Shown here one piece after another: positions 1-10,341 of a stretch of 64,000 nt of DNA. The number at the start of each line of letters is the position of its first letter. The stretch's first letter is position 1. The stretch comes from a virus. Position numbers and translations under genes: made by a program. Location: positions 86,206 through 150,205 of the IMG/VR virus record IMGVR_UViG_3300043409_002109. One strand, 5' to 3'. The notes below the pieces were generated by a model. It saw only the letters and a list, made by a program, of their open reading frames with translations. It made no database searches and was not told the origin of the DNA.

Positions 1-1296
1 CTCTAAGCGCTCACGACGCTCTTGTTCCTTGCCATCACGTATAGCTGCTACGTCCTGAGTGATACTCTGATAGCTTATGCCCGTGAAGTCAGACAGTTGC
101 TTCGTTAGAAGCTCTCTCCGTATCGCGCTTGTTTCGGCTGCTATAAGAGGAACCATACTGGAGCATACTTCGTCAGCTGCAGCTTTGTCTGAGATGCGTC
201 CGAGGACCCATTCAAACGCTGGCACCTTTTGAAGATCGGTAAATGGTTTACCAGTCTTCTCATTAGCAATGAGTTCGCTGGGATCTTTGGCCTCTGTGTC
301 TCCAGGAATGACAACAGAGCAGCTTACTCCGGGGGCGAACTTAATTTCATTCATTAGAATGCGCTCAGTGGCCCCTGTGCCGGCTTCGTCCCAGTCTAGG
401 CAGAAGTATGCCTGACGGATTCCAAGCATCTTCAGTAGAGCCAGGTGCTCACCGGTGAAGGCAGTGCCACAGACAGCTGCTACGTTAAAGATCCCGACTC
501 TATGTAGTGCGGCCAAGTCTCCAGGGCCTTCTACAATATAGAGTCCATCTTTTTTCGCGCCAGCCTTAAGAGCAATATCGATACCTAATAGAATCTTCTT
601 CTTTTCATAGATAGCTGATTCATGGGAGTTGATGTATTTCGGGCCGCTGTTTCCCAGATTACGGCTAATGAAACCGACAGGGCGTCCTCTATAGTCTTTG
701 ACTACGAAAGTTAATAGCTCAGAGTCTATGAATTTAGTTGTACTCGTTCGAATCATCATACTACTGATGATATCTGTCTGAGACCAACCTTGCTCTTGTA
801 GTCTTGAGCTTAACTCTCCAGAGTCTATTGAGCCTATAGTAAGACGATCTCTAGACCATCCTCTTTCCTTGCAGTAAGCTGTACCCTCTTCTGAAGCGTG
901 AGCTTCTAAGATGTTGCTAATGTCATTAGCTAGTTTTAAGAGCTTAGCTTTCTCTTTCTCAGCGGGGCTTATAGCGCCCATCTGCACTTCGAGCCCCATC
1001 TGCTCAGCTAATGCGGGGAGTGTTTCTGTTATAAACTCTGGCCCGCTTATAGGCAGGTTCTCGATAACAGAAGCGGCGCGAAAGATATCGAAATCTCCGC
1101 AGCCGCTCCAGCATCTAAAAGTCTGATAACCACTCTTCGGATTATATGAGCAGCTTGGAGTTTTATCTTCATGAGAGATGCAATGAAACTTTGCTTTAAC
1201 ATTACCTGCCTCTGCACCTAAATGTTTTTCTAAATAATTGGTTAACCGTGGGCGTAGCTCCGCCACAAGTTCATTTACGTTACTGATATATGACAT
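1..1296 (-). CDS. dnaG: DNA primase (DnaG), runs off the window edge
   Basis: Absent from the ORF track; translated by hand from ATG at 1296. N-terminal Zn finger (CISHEDKTPS...CWSGC), GRPVGFISR, GPKYINS, TOPRIM motifs IVEGPGD and CLDWDEAG. No stop before position 1. Confidence 0.93.
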   Translation of the reverse strand, partial: MSYISNVNELVAELRPRLTNYLEKHLGAEAGNVKAKFHCISHEDKTPSCSYNPKSGYQTFRCWSGCGDFDIFRAASVIENLPISGPEFITETLPALAEQMGLEVQMGAISPAEKEKAKLLKLANDISNILEAHASEEGTAYCKERGWSRDRLTIGSIDSGELSSRLQEQGWSQTDIISSMMIRTSTTKFIDSELLTFVVKDYRGRPVGFISRNLGNSGPKYINSHESAIYEKKKILLGIDIALKAGAKKDGLYIVEGPGDLAALHRVGIFNVAAVCGTAFTGEHLALLKMLGIRQAYFCLDWDEAGTGATERILMNEIKFAPGVSCSVVIPGDTEAKDPSELIANEKTGKPFTDLQKVPAFEWVLGRISDKAAADEVCSSMVPLIAAETSAIRRELLTKQLSDFTGISYQSITQDVAAIRDGKEQERRERLE

Positions 1297-1305
1297 GTGT
1301 TTTCC

Positions 1306-2400
1306 TTACTTTAGATTCATATGATCTAGACTTTCTCTTCGACCTGCTGATGTTATCCGAATAAAGGTAACATTGTCCGGGTGTAAATCTGCTAAAGTGA
1401 CGAGTCCTAGATATGAAATAGCACTCTGGACGCCCTCTCTATATCTCATTATAAGAGTTTCGACAGTCTCTCCATCCCAGTACATATCTTTTGAGCTGGC
1501 CCCTTCGGGGCACCAGCTCGCTTGGCCTTTATAGTCTTTCTGGAACTCGGCGCTAGCCTGACCTCTGTAGACCTTTTTGTAAACCTGAGGCATAGCCTCA
1601 GCCTGTGGACCGCATATAAGAAGGCCTCCTTGATAAGAGTTGTCAACTTCCCATCCTGGAGCTTCAAAGGTCTTTGAGAACTCATGGCCCATCATAATAC
1701 CCTTAGCCCCAGCGGCAAGATACTTTACAGCATCTCCAGAATTTTTAATGCCACCATCGGCAATCACAATAGCTTTTGGATTATGATTGGCTACATTATA
1801 TACAGCTTCAAGCTGTGGAACGCCAATACCAGTTACAATTCTAGTTGTGCAGGCGGCTCCAGAACCTATACCTACTCTAAGGTGAGTAGCTCCACTATCG
1901 AAACAGTGTCTACCTGCGCTAGAGCTAGCTATAGATCCAGACATTATGCTTTTTATGAATGTAAGTTCTTTTCGTAAAAATCTAATAGCATTTAAGCCCA
2001 GAACAGAATGTCCGTGGGCTATGTCTATTGCGACGTTTACGAAGAAGTCTTTTTCATTCGAAACAGGAACTTCTTCTAGCTCTTTTATGAAGTCTTGAAG
2101 ATGCTCAGGAGTCCCCCCGACTGCAAAGAAAGCTTCCGTAGAGTGAAAGTCTCGGAGACATCTTGCTCTTTCTTCCTTCGAGAGGAAGCGGCTTACAACA
2201 GGGATTTCGTTTAGTTCAAGCATTCGCTTTGTAAGCCAATAACCTGTCACTCTATCCATAGGAGCAGAGTAAATAAAAGGATTCAATGTTGCGTCTCGCC
2301 TTGATGCGAGTATCCCCTTCTGGGGTACAAGCAGTACGTCATCGGCTGATAAGAGTGTGTCTTCGTTTCTAAGTAAGCTCTTCATAGTATCTCGTTCCAT
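1306..2400 (-). CDS. IMP dehydrogenase / GMP reductase family protein (no CBS domains)
   Basis: DDVLLVP, SAPMD, DIAHGHS, catalytic loop [11 protein letters not shown]...GVPQ, IADGGIK, YRGQAS, EG. Confidence 0.92.
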   Translation of the reverse strand: MERDTMKSLLRNEDTLLSADDVLLVPQKGILASRRDATLNPFIYSAPMDRVTGYWLTKRMLELNEIPVVSRFLSKEERARCLRDFHSTEAFFAVGGTPEHLQDFIKELEEVPVSNEKDFFVNVAIDIAHGHSVLGLNAIRFLRKELTFIKSIMSGSIASSSAGRHCFDSGATHLRVGIGSGAACTTRIVTGIGVPQLEAVYNVANHNPKAIVIADGGIKNSGDAVKYLAAGAKGIMMGHEFSKTFEAPGWEVDNSYQGGLLICGPQAEAMPQVYKKVYRGQASAEFQKDYKGQASWCPEGASSKDMYWDGETVETLIMRYREGVQSAISYLGLVTLADLHPDNVTFIRITSAGRRESLDHMNLK

Positions 2401-2644
2401 TTATATTTGGTATGTCTTTAGCTCTTATTCCAATGTCGATCCATCCTCCTTCGCGAGGAAGAACTTCCATAACACAGGCTTGATATGGTTTTGAACAGTA
2501 AATATTTTCAGTTTCTAAGAGTAGCTCTGTGTACTCTAGCATGACTGAACATGCTTCTGAAAAACTTAGATAAGGTCCATAGGTCTTCGTTATGGTATTT
2601 ACTTCAGTTGTTGCTTCAACGTAAATTAAGAAAAATGTATCCAT
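2369..2644 (-). CDS. hypothetical protein
   Basis: Tightly packed in the minus-strand operon. Confidence 0.55.
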   Translation of the reverse strand: MDTFFLIYVEATTEVNTITKTYGPYLSFSEACSVMLEYTELLLETENIYCSKPYQACVMEVLPREGGWIDIGIRAKDIPNINGTRYYEELT

Positions 2645-3709
2645 TTAAATCTCGTTTGGTGTTCCGTCTTTGTTGTAGCAAGTGTTTCTATGAGGACACC
2701 ATCCACAGTTGAAATCACCTTTAACAGGCAATTTCAATTCTACTTTAGGCTTTAAGTCCATAGACTCTCTTTCAAGATTTTCTTGCTCTCTCTCTCTTAT
2801 TTTTTCTAATTGCGTTCGATCTGTTTTATTTAAGCTATCGAAAATTTCTGGCGAATCAAAATCTTCTCTTGTGTACTGAAGTTTAAAATCTCTATTCGGG
2901 ATTTCTTGTTTCATAACATAAGAAGCAATCACACTATATTGTTCCAAGATGCTGTTAATAGTAATTAGAGATTTAGTCCATTTAGTTTTAAGAGGACTAA
3001 CTCCTCTGTACCAAATATAGATTAAACCATCTTCATCTTCTTCAGTCCGAACCAAGTACTCTGCGTATTTGCCGCCACCACGATCTCCATAGACTAGTCT
3101 ACTTGGGCCGTAAGCCTCATCATTGGATGCTACCCACCAGTGGTAGAGCGCAATCTGCATAAGGTTCTTGTCTCTTGGAGAGCCAAGTTGTCCTTTTCGA
3201 TGGTCGGCGTCGGTTCCGATAACTTTGTCCGCTCCGTAGGAGTAGACTGATTTCGCCTCTACTATACTCAATTTGTTTGTTTCTATATCTATGATAACAA
3301 TGTCCTCTTTACCAGAGACATTATGGCTTTTAATATAGACAGGTACTTGAGTATAGACGAAGATTCCTGAATTCTTGCACTGTTCAATGAGGTACTCTTC
3401 ATAGAGTTCTCCCATTGCCCATATGAATCTCATATAATTCGAGACAGGAATTTCTTCCTCTTTTAAACGTTCAACTAATTCTTTTGATTTTTCAAATCTG
3501 ATTGGATCATATTTGTAGTTCTCTTTCAGAAGTCTGAAGAAAGCCTGTCTGCGACACTGCCCTACTACCTGTTCTTGACCATTCGTAGAAATAATAGCAG
3601 TGGCCTCCGAGGGCCACTGCGTTGGTTCCTTGCTGTCGCCAGGGCGAGGGCGAGAAATATTATTTAAGATATGATCAAGGACAGCGAAATTACTGTCCTT
3701 GTGTGTCAT
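2645..3709 (-). CDS. Cas4-like / RecB-family PD-(D/E)XK exonuclease with Fe-S cysteines
   Basis: N-terminal Cys (GQCRRQ), D...EAK, QIALY, C-terminal CGWCPHRNTC. Confidence 0.8.
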   Translation of the reverse strand: MTHKDSNFAVLDHILNNISRPRPGDSKEPTQWPSEATAIISTNGQEQVVGQCRRQAFFRLLKENYKYDPIRFEKSKELVERLKEEEIPVSNYMRFIWAMGELYEEYLIEQCKNSGIFVYTQVPVYIKSHNVSGKEDIVIIDIETNKLSIVEAKSVYSYGADKVIGTDADHRKGQLGSPRDKNLMQIALYHWWVASNDEAYGPSRLVYGDRGGGKYAEYLVRTEEDEDGLIYIWYRGVSPLKTKWTKSLITINSILEQYSVIASYVMKQEIPNRDFKLQYTREDFDSPEIFDSLNKTDRTQLEKIREREQENLERESMDLKPKVELKLPVKGDFNCGWCPHRNTCYNKDGTPNEI

Positions 3710-3986
3710 CTAAATTTACGCCCTTATTTTCCATCGCACTGCGAATACGGGAAACCTCTTCATCAATTTCTGCGGATCGTCGTTCGGCGAATTCTAAGAA
3801 TTCATTTTCGAGATCTAAGACTATAAGAGGATTCCCCTCGGAATCTCTGGCGGCCTTAATTTTCTCAATTAAGTATTCCATATGAAGACCTAACTGGACT
3901 ACATTCTGTCCCATATAATTCAGGCGCTGATCTAGCTTACCGAATGCTCCGATAAGCTGCTGGTCTGTTAACATTCTTTCTGACAT
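3690..3986 (-). CDS. hypothetical protein
   Basis: GAGGA RBS; overlaps the neighbouring gene in operon fashion. Confidence 0.7.
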   Translation of the reverse strand: MSERMLTDQQLIGAFGKLDQRLNYMGQNVVQLGLHMEYLIEKIKAARDSEGNPLIVLDLENEFLEFAERRSAEIDEEVSRIRSAMENKGVNLDDTQGQ

Positions 3987-4022
3987 CTATTCCTCTTTTA
4001 ATTTTAGCCTTTAGCGGCTTGT

Positions 4023-5123
4023 TTATATGACACTTTTCTTTGGCGGCATTACGTAGCCCAAGTACACAGGGCCGCTCTTATTGAAATCACAGTTGCCTTC
4101 TTCATCCTGGTAAACAACAGCATAACCATTAACGGCGCCACCGAAGAACTCCAGCTTTGGACTATGAGCATAAGTCATAAGTCCAGAAAGGCAACCCTGT
4201 TCGATAAGAAGCTGCTGGGCATGAATCCCCTTGTAGAACTTATGTACATGGCCTATTACTACACAGTCAATAGCACCATGCTGATAGCGGCTATTAAAAT
4301 AGTTAGCTACAGTCTGAACTGTAGCTCCCGGCTTTCCGCCACCACGACCATGAGGATGTGCGAAGATTGTTCTGCCTATCCGAAGGTACCAAGACTCCCT
4401 CTGGTCATAGAAGACGTTAGAGAAGTCTTTCCGATCTACTAAGAGTCCTGTTTCATCTAGCATCTCGCCATTGGCAAGTCTAGCTAATAGGTCCGGGCGG
4501 AATATCTGAGAGGCCTCTTGTTCAAAACCTTCTCTGGCAAGAGCTTTCGCTGAGCGTACATCGTGGTTACCTGCTATGAGATAAACCTTAGGGAATAGCT
4601 CGGCGCAAAGATTCACGAATTCAAAAGCTGCCTGGTACTCATGCAGGGCAGCAATTCTCTTGTGCTTCTCAAATGTACTGAACACATGGCCCTCAAAGAT
4701 ATCTCCATTGAGAACACAGATGTCAGCATCTTCATGAGCTTTAACAGCTTCCATTAGATAATCAACACGAGCATAAGGGAAATGAATATCACTTAAGGTG
4801 AGTATCTTTACGCCTGCACTAGTCGGGCGGCCTACGTTATAGTCTTCTGACTCGTCCTCATACTCTTTCTGAATAGCAGCTATCTTTCTAGCCCGCTCTG
4901 TTAGCGGGTTAATCGTTCTGTATTCTTTGAAAGTGACTGGATTTAAGGCTTCACGAGAAATCTTTTTGCGGATAGCCTCTTCTGTTCTTTCACAAGGAAA
5001 GCCAGGGAGGCCCTGATCGTGTCGTCGATTAATCTGCTCTGCGATCTCTCTTTGAGAATTTGTAGGAAGAAGTATTCTTAGGAGATGCTCTTCTTCAGGG
5101 CGCCATTTGAATGTTGTATTCAT
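4023..5123 (-). CDS. calcineurin-like metallophosphoesterase with N-terminal helical/HTH-like extension
   Basis: SDIH, NGD, GNHD, HPH, GHVH. Confidence 0.88.
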   Translation of the reverse strand: MNTTFKWRPEEEHLLRILLPTNSQREIAEQINRRHDQGLPGFPCERTEEAIRKKISREALNPVTFKEYRTINPLTERARKIAAIQKEYEDESEDYNVGRPTSAGVKILTLSDIHFPYARVDYLMEAVKAHEDADICVLNGDIFEGHVFSTFEKHKRIAALHEYQAAFEFVNLCAELFPKVYLIAGNHDVRSAKALAREGFEQEASQIFRPDLLARLANGEMLDETGLLVDRKDFSNVFYDQRESWYLRIGRTIFAHPHGRGGGKPGATVQTVANYFNSRYQHGAIDCVVIGHVHKFYKGIHAQQLLIEQGCLSGLMTYAHSPKLEFFGGAVNGYAVVYQDEEGNCDFNKSGPVYLGYVMPPKKSVI

Positions 5124-5125
5124 TA

Positions 5126-7828
5126 TTAACCTTTATATATGTCTATAGTATCTGCAAATATTTCAATGATTGGAGCTTCTTGAGAAACTTTACCTGAGAC
5201 TTTTATTAAATCTTTTACCTCTGGTAGTGCTCGGTATTTAATAATTTGAGCATAACTTCTAGGGAATAGAATTATCTTTGCAGTTGCTGTGCCATCGCCT
5301 ATTTCTAGAATAGCCATAGGTTGGCCTTTTTTTGTTTTCATATCTCTTACTTCTATTACCATTCCGCAAACCACTGCGTTAACACCTTCAAAGACGTTAA
5401 CTAAAGCTTCTGCTTCGGAGTAGATCATTCGTGCAGGGTGTCTCCCTAAGAAGCACCCTATGTATTCTTGTTGAATCATCATTTGATGTAAGGTGATAGG
5501 TATTTTACTATGTCTCTCTAGGGTTGGCATAGTAGGAAACTCTTTTTCTTTTAAGCTAACTTTCTTTCGAAGGTTTGAAGTTGTTTCTAAGAACTCTAAC
5601 TCTTCTGCTGTAAGTTCTCTATCCTTCTTTCTTGCCTCTATCTTTTTAAGTTCAGTTCGGCGCGCGATCAAGGGCTCCAGTTCAAGATTCTCTTTTTCTC
5701 TGATTTTAATCTCTGCTTTTCTTTCATAAAATTCTTGGAGTTCTGTTTTGAAATCATAGAGTTTATGCATTTGAGCAAGTAGGTCTTGTCTGAGGTAGCC
5801 CATAGTATCGAAGGCTCCTGCATTCACTAGAGATTCAAAGACTTTGGTATTTATTTTCTGGGTATTTACTCTTTCAATGAAATCGTTAATATCTTTAAAA
5901 GGGAGTTTACCTCTAGCTGATATGATTGCTTGAGAAGCGGTCTTACCGCAAGAACGGATACCGTTCAACCCAAAATATATTTCTCCCTCGGCCACAATAT
6001 GAAAGCCAAGGTAAGATTTCTGTACTGAGGGCGGTGAGATTCTAATTCCTAATTCTCTTGCTTCAATAATATATTCAGGAGCTTTGGCGGCCCAATCTTT
6101 AGGCATCATATCTTCTGATCTTACGCTCATTAAAGAGCAAAAGAATTCAGTAGGATAGTTCGCTTTAAAGTAGGCACAGAGGTAGGAAACGTAACTGTAG
6201 GCTACGGCATGTGATTTGTTAAATAAATATTCTCCGCACCCAAGAATAATTGCCCAGAGATAATCTATCTGATGATCGTTGAGCCCATATCTTTGACAAC
6301 CTTTTTTAAAGGGCTCTGTTATAGTGGCGAGGTATTTGAGATCTTTCTTCCCTATCGCTCTTCTGGCTAAATCGGAATCAACTAGGTCTAGCCCTGCTAT
6401 TTCTACGAACAATAGCATGAGCTGTTCTTGGTAGACCAATACATTCCTTGTGTCTTTCCAAAGGGTTTGAATCGCTTCAGGTATTTCGGGATCAGGATCA
6501 TTGTTTAGATACCTATCTAGGAATCCTGCTGATGATGGCCCAGGCCGAACAAGTGATGTTATATCACTCAGCTCTCCTATACTTTTAGGCTGAGCTTGCA
6601 ATGAGGCGCGTTTGATAGAAGCTGATTCTTCGAACTGGAACACTCCAGTCAAGTGACCATCAGCAAATAATTTATAAGCTTTTGGATCTCCGTCAGGAAC
6701 AGTATAAATATCGTATACCTTATTGTGTCGCTCGCGTATAAGTTTCACACATCTCTTTAGGATATCTAAGTTCTTGATAACCAGGAAGTCGAATTTAATG
6801 AGACCTTGAGCTTCGGTATCTCCCATTTCAAACTGAGTTATTCTTTCATAGTCTTTATTTCTCCAGACAGGAACGTGATTCGCTATAGGAGTATTGTTTA
6901 TCACCATGCCAGCCGCGTGAACCCCATAGTTAGATACCATACCTTCTAACTGGTAACAGAAATCATGCCAATCTTTATATTTGCCGATAGTGAGTTCAGG
7001 TTGCTCTGGGTAATTTTTGTCTGGATTACCTTCTATGATTTCTTTGAATGTGGCTTCTTTCCCGAATAAGGGTGGCGGTATTTTTCCCAGGATTGTTTGC
7101 ATGAGACTATAATGGGTCTCTCTCTCAGCAGGGTTCTCTGGCTCGGTTAGTTTGAAGTAGCGGCGCGTTAAGCTCTTAGTCCCGAATGTTCCTTGAGTAC
7201 CTATGTTAGCTACATTGTCGCGGCCCCACTCTTCTACTATCCATTCTAGGACTTTCTCTCGACCTTCTCCATCAAAGTCCATGTCAATCGTTGTGTTTGG
7301 ATAGATCGTTATTCTATCACTCTGTATATTTCTATACAGACCAGACTATATCATCACCCTTTTCAGGGTGTCACACACTTCGACCTCACTTAAGGCCTAC
7401 TCCCGCTCCCGGGATAGTCGTTGAACCTTCAAGAATATTTCTATTCAAGCTCGGCTGCTGATTGCCCAATCCTGAAGATTATTACTCGGTGAGTACTTCA
7501 GGCTCTAAGGGGTTTCCAGCAATTCGTGTAATTTTTCGAATATCCTTTTCGGATATAAGGGACTGTGCATATCGCAATCCGGAGGACTTCCGCCAGTACT
7601 CTCTGATCGTTCCTTTTTTAGATCAATAGAATCTGTTAATCCGCTTGTATATAGCAATAAGCTATTGTAAGGATTAGCTTTAAAGAATTTATTTTCTTTA
7701 ATGCATTTAAGGATGAATTCTAGATCACTATCTTTTGCTTTCTCTAACTCGAAAGACAAGAAATCTAAATCTACTTCATCTATTCGCTCTGTATAAAGAC
7801 ACTCTTTAACCTGTTGTCTTAGGTTCAT
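5126..7828 (-). CDS. dnaE: DNA polymerase III alpha, C-terminal (catalytic) fragment; two exons 7828-7577 and 7288-5126, 804 aa spliced
   Basis: Splicing restores GGSPPD|IDMDF. Also GVHAAG, KFDFL, GVFQFE, RPGP, VYQEQ, FNKSHAVAY, HhH region and C-terminal OB fold. Confidence 0.92.
7289..7576 (-). mobile_element. group I self-splicing intron (288 nt, no homing endonuclease ORF)
   Basis: P GAAUUGCUGGAAA (7525-7513), Q AAUCAGCAGCC (7463-7453), R GUUCAACGACUA (7426-7415), S GAUGAUAUAGUCU (7355-7343). 5' exon ends GGAU and pairs with IGS GUCC through a U-G wobble; terminal G at 7289; removal is in frame. Confidence 0.93.
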
Positions 7829-7919
7829 TTAATACTCCGTGACCGGGTTGTTAACTTGCAGAAACTGCAAATTTAATTGATAATTCTTTTAGAAGACCGG
7901 GCTTGATGCCCATTACCTT

Positions 7920-8345
7920 ATGGATGAGAACATGGCTACTTATACTTCTGTTGCAAAAGTGCACCCTAGTTCGGCGCGGGTACTTTCAATTGCTGATGTT
8001 AGCGACGGCGATCGAATTGACTTTATTGAGGCCTTAGGTCGCCCAGCCAGAAAGGTCCAGTTCTACATGACTGATGCCGCTGATGAGGTAGGGTACACTC
8101 TTAACTCATTAAAGAAACTACGCACTGGACGTGAACACGAGATAGTTCTGTCTCAAGCAGAGCGATTCTTTGGAACCTACAACACAGAAGTTGTTGAGGT
8201 ATGGTCAGGGGCAGCCTCCTTTCCGAGCCTTACTAGCACTGGCGCAACTACCTTAGAAACTGCTGATGGTATTTCTATTCACAGTATTCAGATTGATTCC
8301 TTGACTCTTTCTGTTGGAACTACAATTTCAATCGTGGTGTGGTAA
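7920..8345 (+). CDS. hypothetical protein, probably virion-associated
   Basis: Small beta-rich protein leading a plus-strand pair with a Gly-rich gene. Confidence 0.6.
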   Translation: MDENMATYTSVAKVHPSSARVLSIADVSDGDRIDFIEALGRPARKVQFYMTDAADEVGYTLNSLKKLRTGREHEIVLSQAERFFGTYNTEVVEVWSGAASFPSLTSTGATTLETADGISIHSIQIDSLTLSVGTTISIVVW

Positions 8346-9301
8346 TGCCAGGGCCTATGTCTTTGAGTACGCTGCTTCGTAGTCAAATATCAACAGTATC
8401 TAATACTGTTGATACGTTAGCTGTTGATGCTGCTGAGATTATTGTAAATGACCCCTATGCTTGGGGGACCGGAGCAGATGGTAATATCTCATTAGATGGT
8501 ATAACTACTGTTACTATTGGTGGGGTAAGTCATGCACCGTCAGGAAGCACTTATACTTTGACTCGGCCTTTGAACGCTAGAGTGCTTACTATTAGCAATG
8601 GTGTAGCTTTAAATTCTTCAGGCTTCTTAGTCCATTGTTGGGAATTAGCAGGTACCGGTACTATAAAAGATCGAGGAGCTAATGCCTCTGGCGGTACAGC
8701 GGGGATGGGTCTTACTGCGAGTGGGACGACTCAAAGAACTTCTGGTAACGGTGGGGCTGGGGTATCTTCACCTGGCGCTGGTCAAGCGGGTTCAGCAATC
8801 ACTAGCGCCCTTGGTGGTGGAGGAATGTCTGGAGGCACCGCAGGTGCTAACCCTGGTGGTGGAGGGGGCTCTCCAACTGTGCCTACTGCAGCTGTAGGGT
8901 TTCCTTCTTCTTCGATCTCTACTTGGGCGTTTCTAAAAGGTGTCAATGGTACTGCTTACGCAGGTGGTTCCGGTGGTGGTTCAGGGGCTATCGCTGTTGG
9001 CGCCTCTGGAACTTCTGGTGGCGGTGGTGGCGGTGGTGGGGTGATAGGTGTATTCGCACGGAAATCAGTAAGTACCATTACGATTAACGTCGGTGGGGGT
9101 AACGGGGGGAATGGGACTTCCAGCAGTGGTCAGGTCGGTGGTGGCGGTGGTGGTGGCGGTGGGTATGTTCTTTGCGTATACAAGGATGGCGCAGCTCCCA
9201 CCATTACTGTGGGTGGCGGTACCGCTGGCTCTGCTGCTGGAGGCGCGAGCGCTGCTTCGAACGGTTCTTCTGGCAGCAGCACTGTAATACAGATGTCTTA
9301 G
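8339..9301 (+). CDS. glycine-rich tail/virion protein
   Basis: Long GGxGG runs typical of phage Gly-rich tail-associated proteins; probable start at ATG 8345. Confidence 0.7.
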   Translation: MVMPGPMSLSTLLRSQISTVSNTVDTLAVDAAEIIVNDPYAWGTGADGNISLDGITTVTIGGVSHAPSGSTYTLTRPLNARVLTISNGVALNSSGFLVHCWELAGTGTIKDRGANASGGTAGMGLTASGTTQRTSGNGGAGVSSPGAGQAGSAITSALGGGGMSGGTAGANPGGGGGSPTVPTAAVGFPSSSISTWAFLKGVNGTAYAGGSGGGSGAIAVGASGTSGGGGGGGGVIGVFARKSVSTITINVGGGNGGNGTSSSGQVGGGGGGGGGYVLCVYKDGAAPTITVGGGTAGSAAGGASAASNGSSGSSTVIQMS

Positions 9302-9330
9302 GCTGGCAGCCTATCCCCCTTATTCAGTCG

Positions 9331-10341
9331 TTATGAGGCTGCTTTAAGCATTAGTCCGTCTGCTACTGCTGATGTATCCGTGCTTATGCAATGGTATAGA
9401 TCCGTAGCGCCGCTACGGATTGTCTTACCGCTCTGGAAGGACCCCGAGGGATAGATTCCGCGCAACATTCCCATCCGGGAACCGTTAGGCGATACAGATC
9501 CGGAGTTGCGGTGGAAGGCCATAAGGTCCCCTACGAACATCCCGGCTGGAGTCGTGGTAGCTGCCACTGCAGTGCCTGCCTGCATCGTGTGCTTCCGGCC
9601 ACCCGTGTATAGGGTGGAGGTCCCCGGTTGCCACACCATCCCGTGACAGGCTCCAGCTGTGGTGCCGTGGCCAAAAGGGGCTTGTGTAGCATTCGAATTG
9701 AGCCACGCATTAGTCATGATCCCGCTTCCACCCGTAGCCCACATTCCGTAGAGTCGATCGTCTGTCTCCGCGTCAAGCCCCCCGCTTGCAGCGTTCGTCT
9801 GATGAGGCTCCACAATCGCCCCAGAGGATAACCACGCTTGTTGGGTCACGGTTGTCCCGATAAGCTGGAGGAAGATCACCTCCTCCGAGATATAGGCTCG
9901 TACCTTGGCAGTGGTACTATTCCAAGTGGTGCCCGCAGCTCTCCAGTATCCGGAGTTGGTACCGCTCGTGAAGGGTTGAGCGTTTGCCCAGTCGTTCCAC
10001 GCCCCGCGATTCTTAACGATTCCCATCAGCAAGTTAGAAGCCGTGAAGGTATCCGGGGATGCCATAGTAGGAGCAGGCGCCCCACTGTCCCCAGCCCAAA
10101 TAAGACCGGGTGATAGACCCATGCCCGTTCCTCCTGGAGGAGTAGCATAAACAGCTTTAGTAACAGCTACGACCTGTCGATTCCAGGACCAGGTATGAGT
10201 GGCTGCAAGTGCCGTTGCCCGGTAATCGTTGGCCGCTGAACAGGCGGTGTATATAGCGTCCAGGAGACCTTGAATGTCTGAGGAAGCGGGAGAGACATCG
10301 GCCATTCTATAGAATGTAAGAGATGATAGAGGGAGTGCCAT
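9331..10341 (-). CDS. putative virion structural / tail-associated protein
   Basis: Ala/Gly/Thr/Ser-rich, Lys-poor, coupled to the fibre gene, visibly higher GC. Confidence 0.55.
   Translation of the reverse strand: MALPLSSLTFYRMADVSPASSDIQGLLDAIYTACSAANDYRATALAATHTWSWNRQVVAVTKAVYATPPGGTGMGLSPGLIWAGDSGAPAPTMASPDTFTASNLLMGIVKNRGAWNDWANAQPFTSGTNSGYWRAAGTTWNSTTAKVRAYISEEVIFLQLIGTTVTQQAWLSSGAIVEPHQTNAASGGLDAETDDRLYGMWATGGSGIMTNAWLNSNATQAPFGHGTTAGACHGMVWQPGTSTLYTGGRKHTMQAGTAVAATTTPAGMFVGDLMAFHRNSGSVSPNGSRMGMLRGIYPSGSFQSGKTIRSGATDLYHCISTDTSAVADGLMLKAAS

Noticed and set aside
2645-3709. CRISPR-Cas system suggested by the Cas4-like gene
   Set aside because: No cas1/cas2 and no repeat-spacer array in the window; solo Cas4-like nucleases are common in phages
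7505-7828. 107-aa ORF as an independent gene
   Set aside because: Its first 84 codons are exon 1 of dnaE-C; the rest is group I intron sequence
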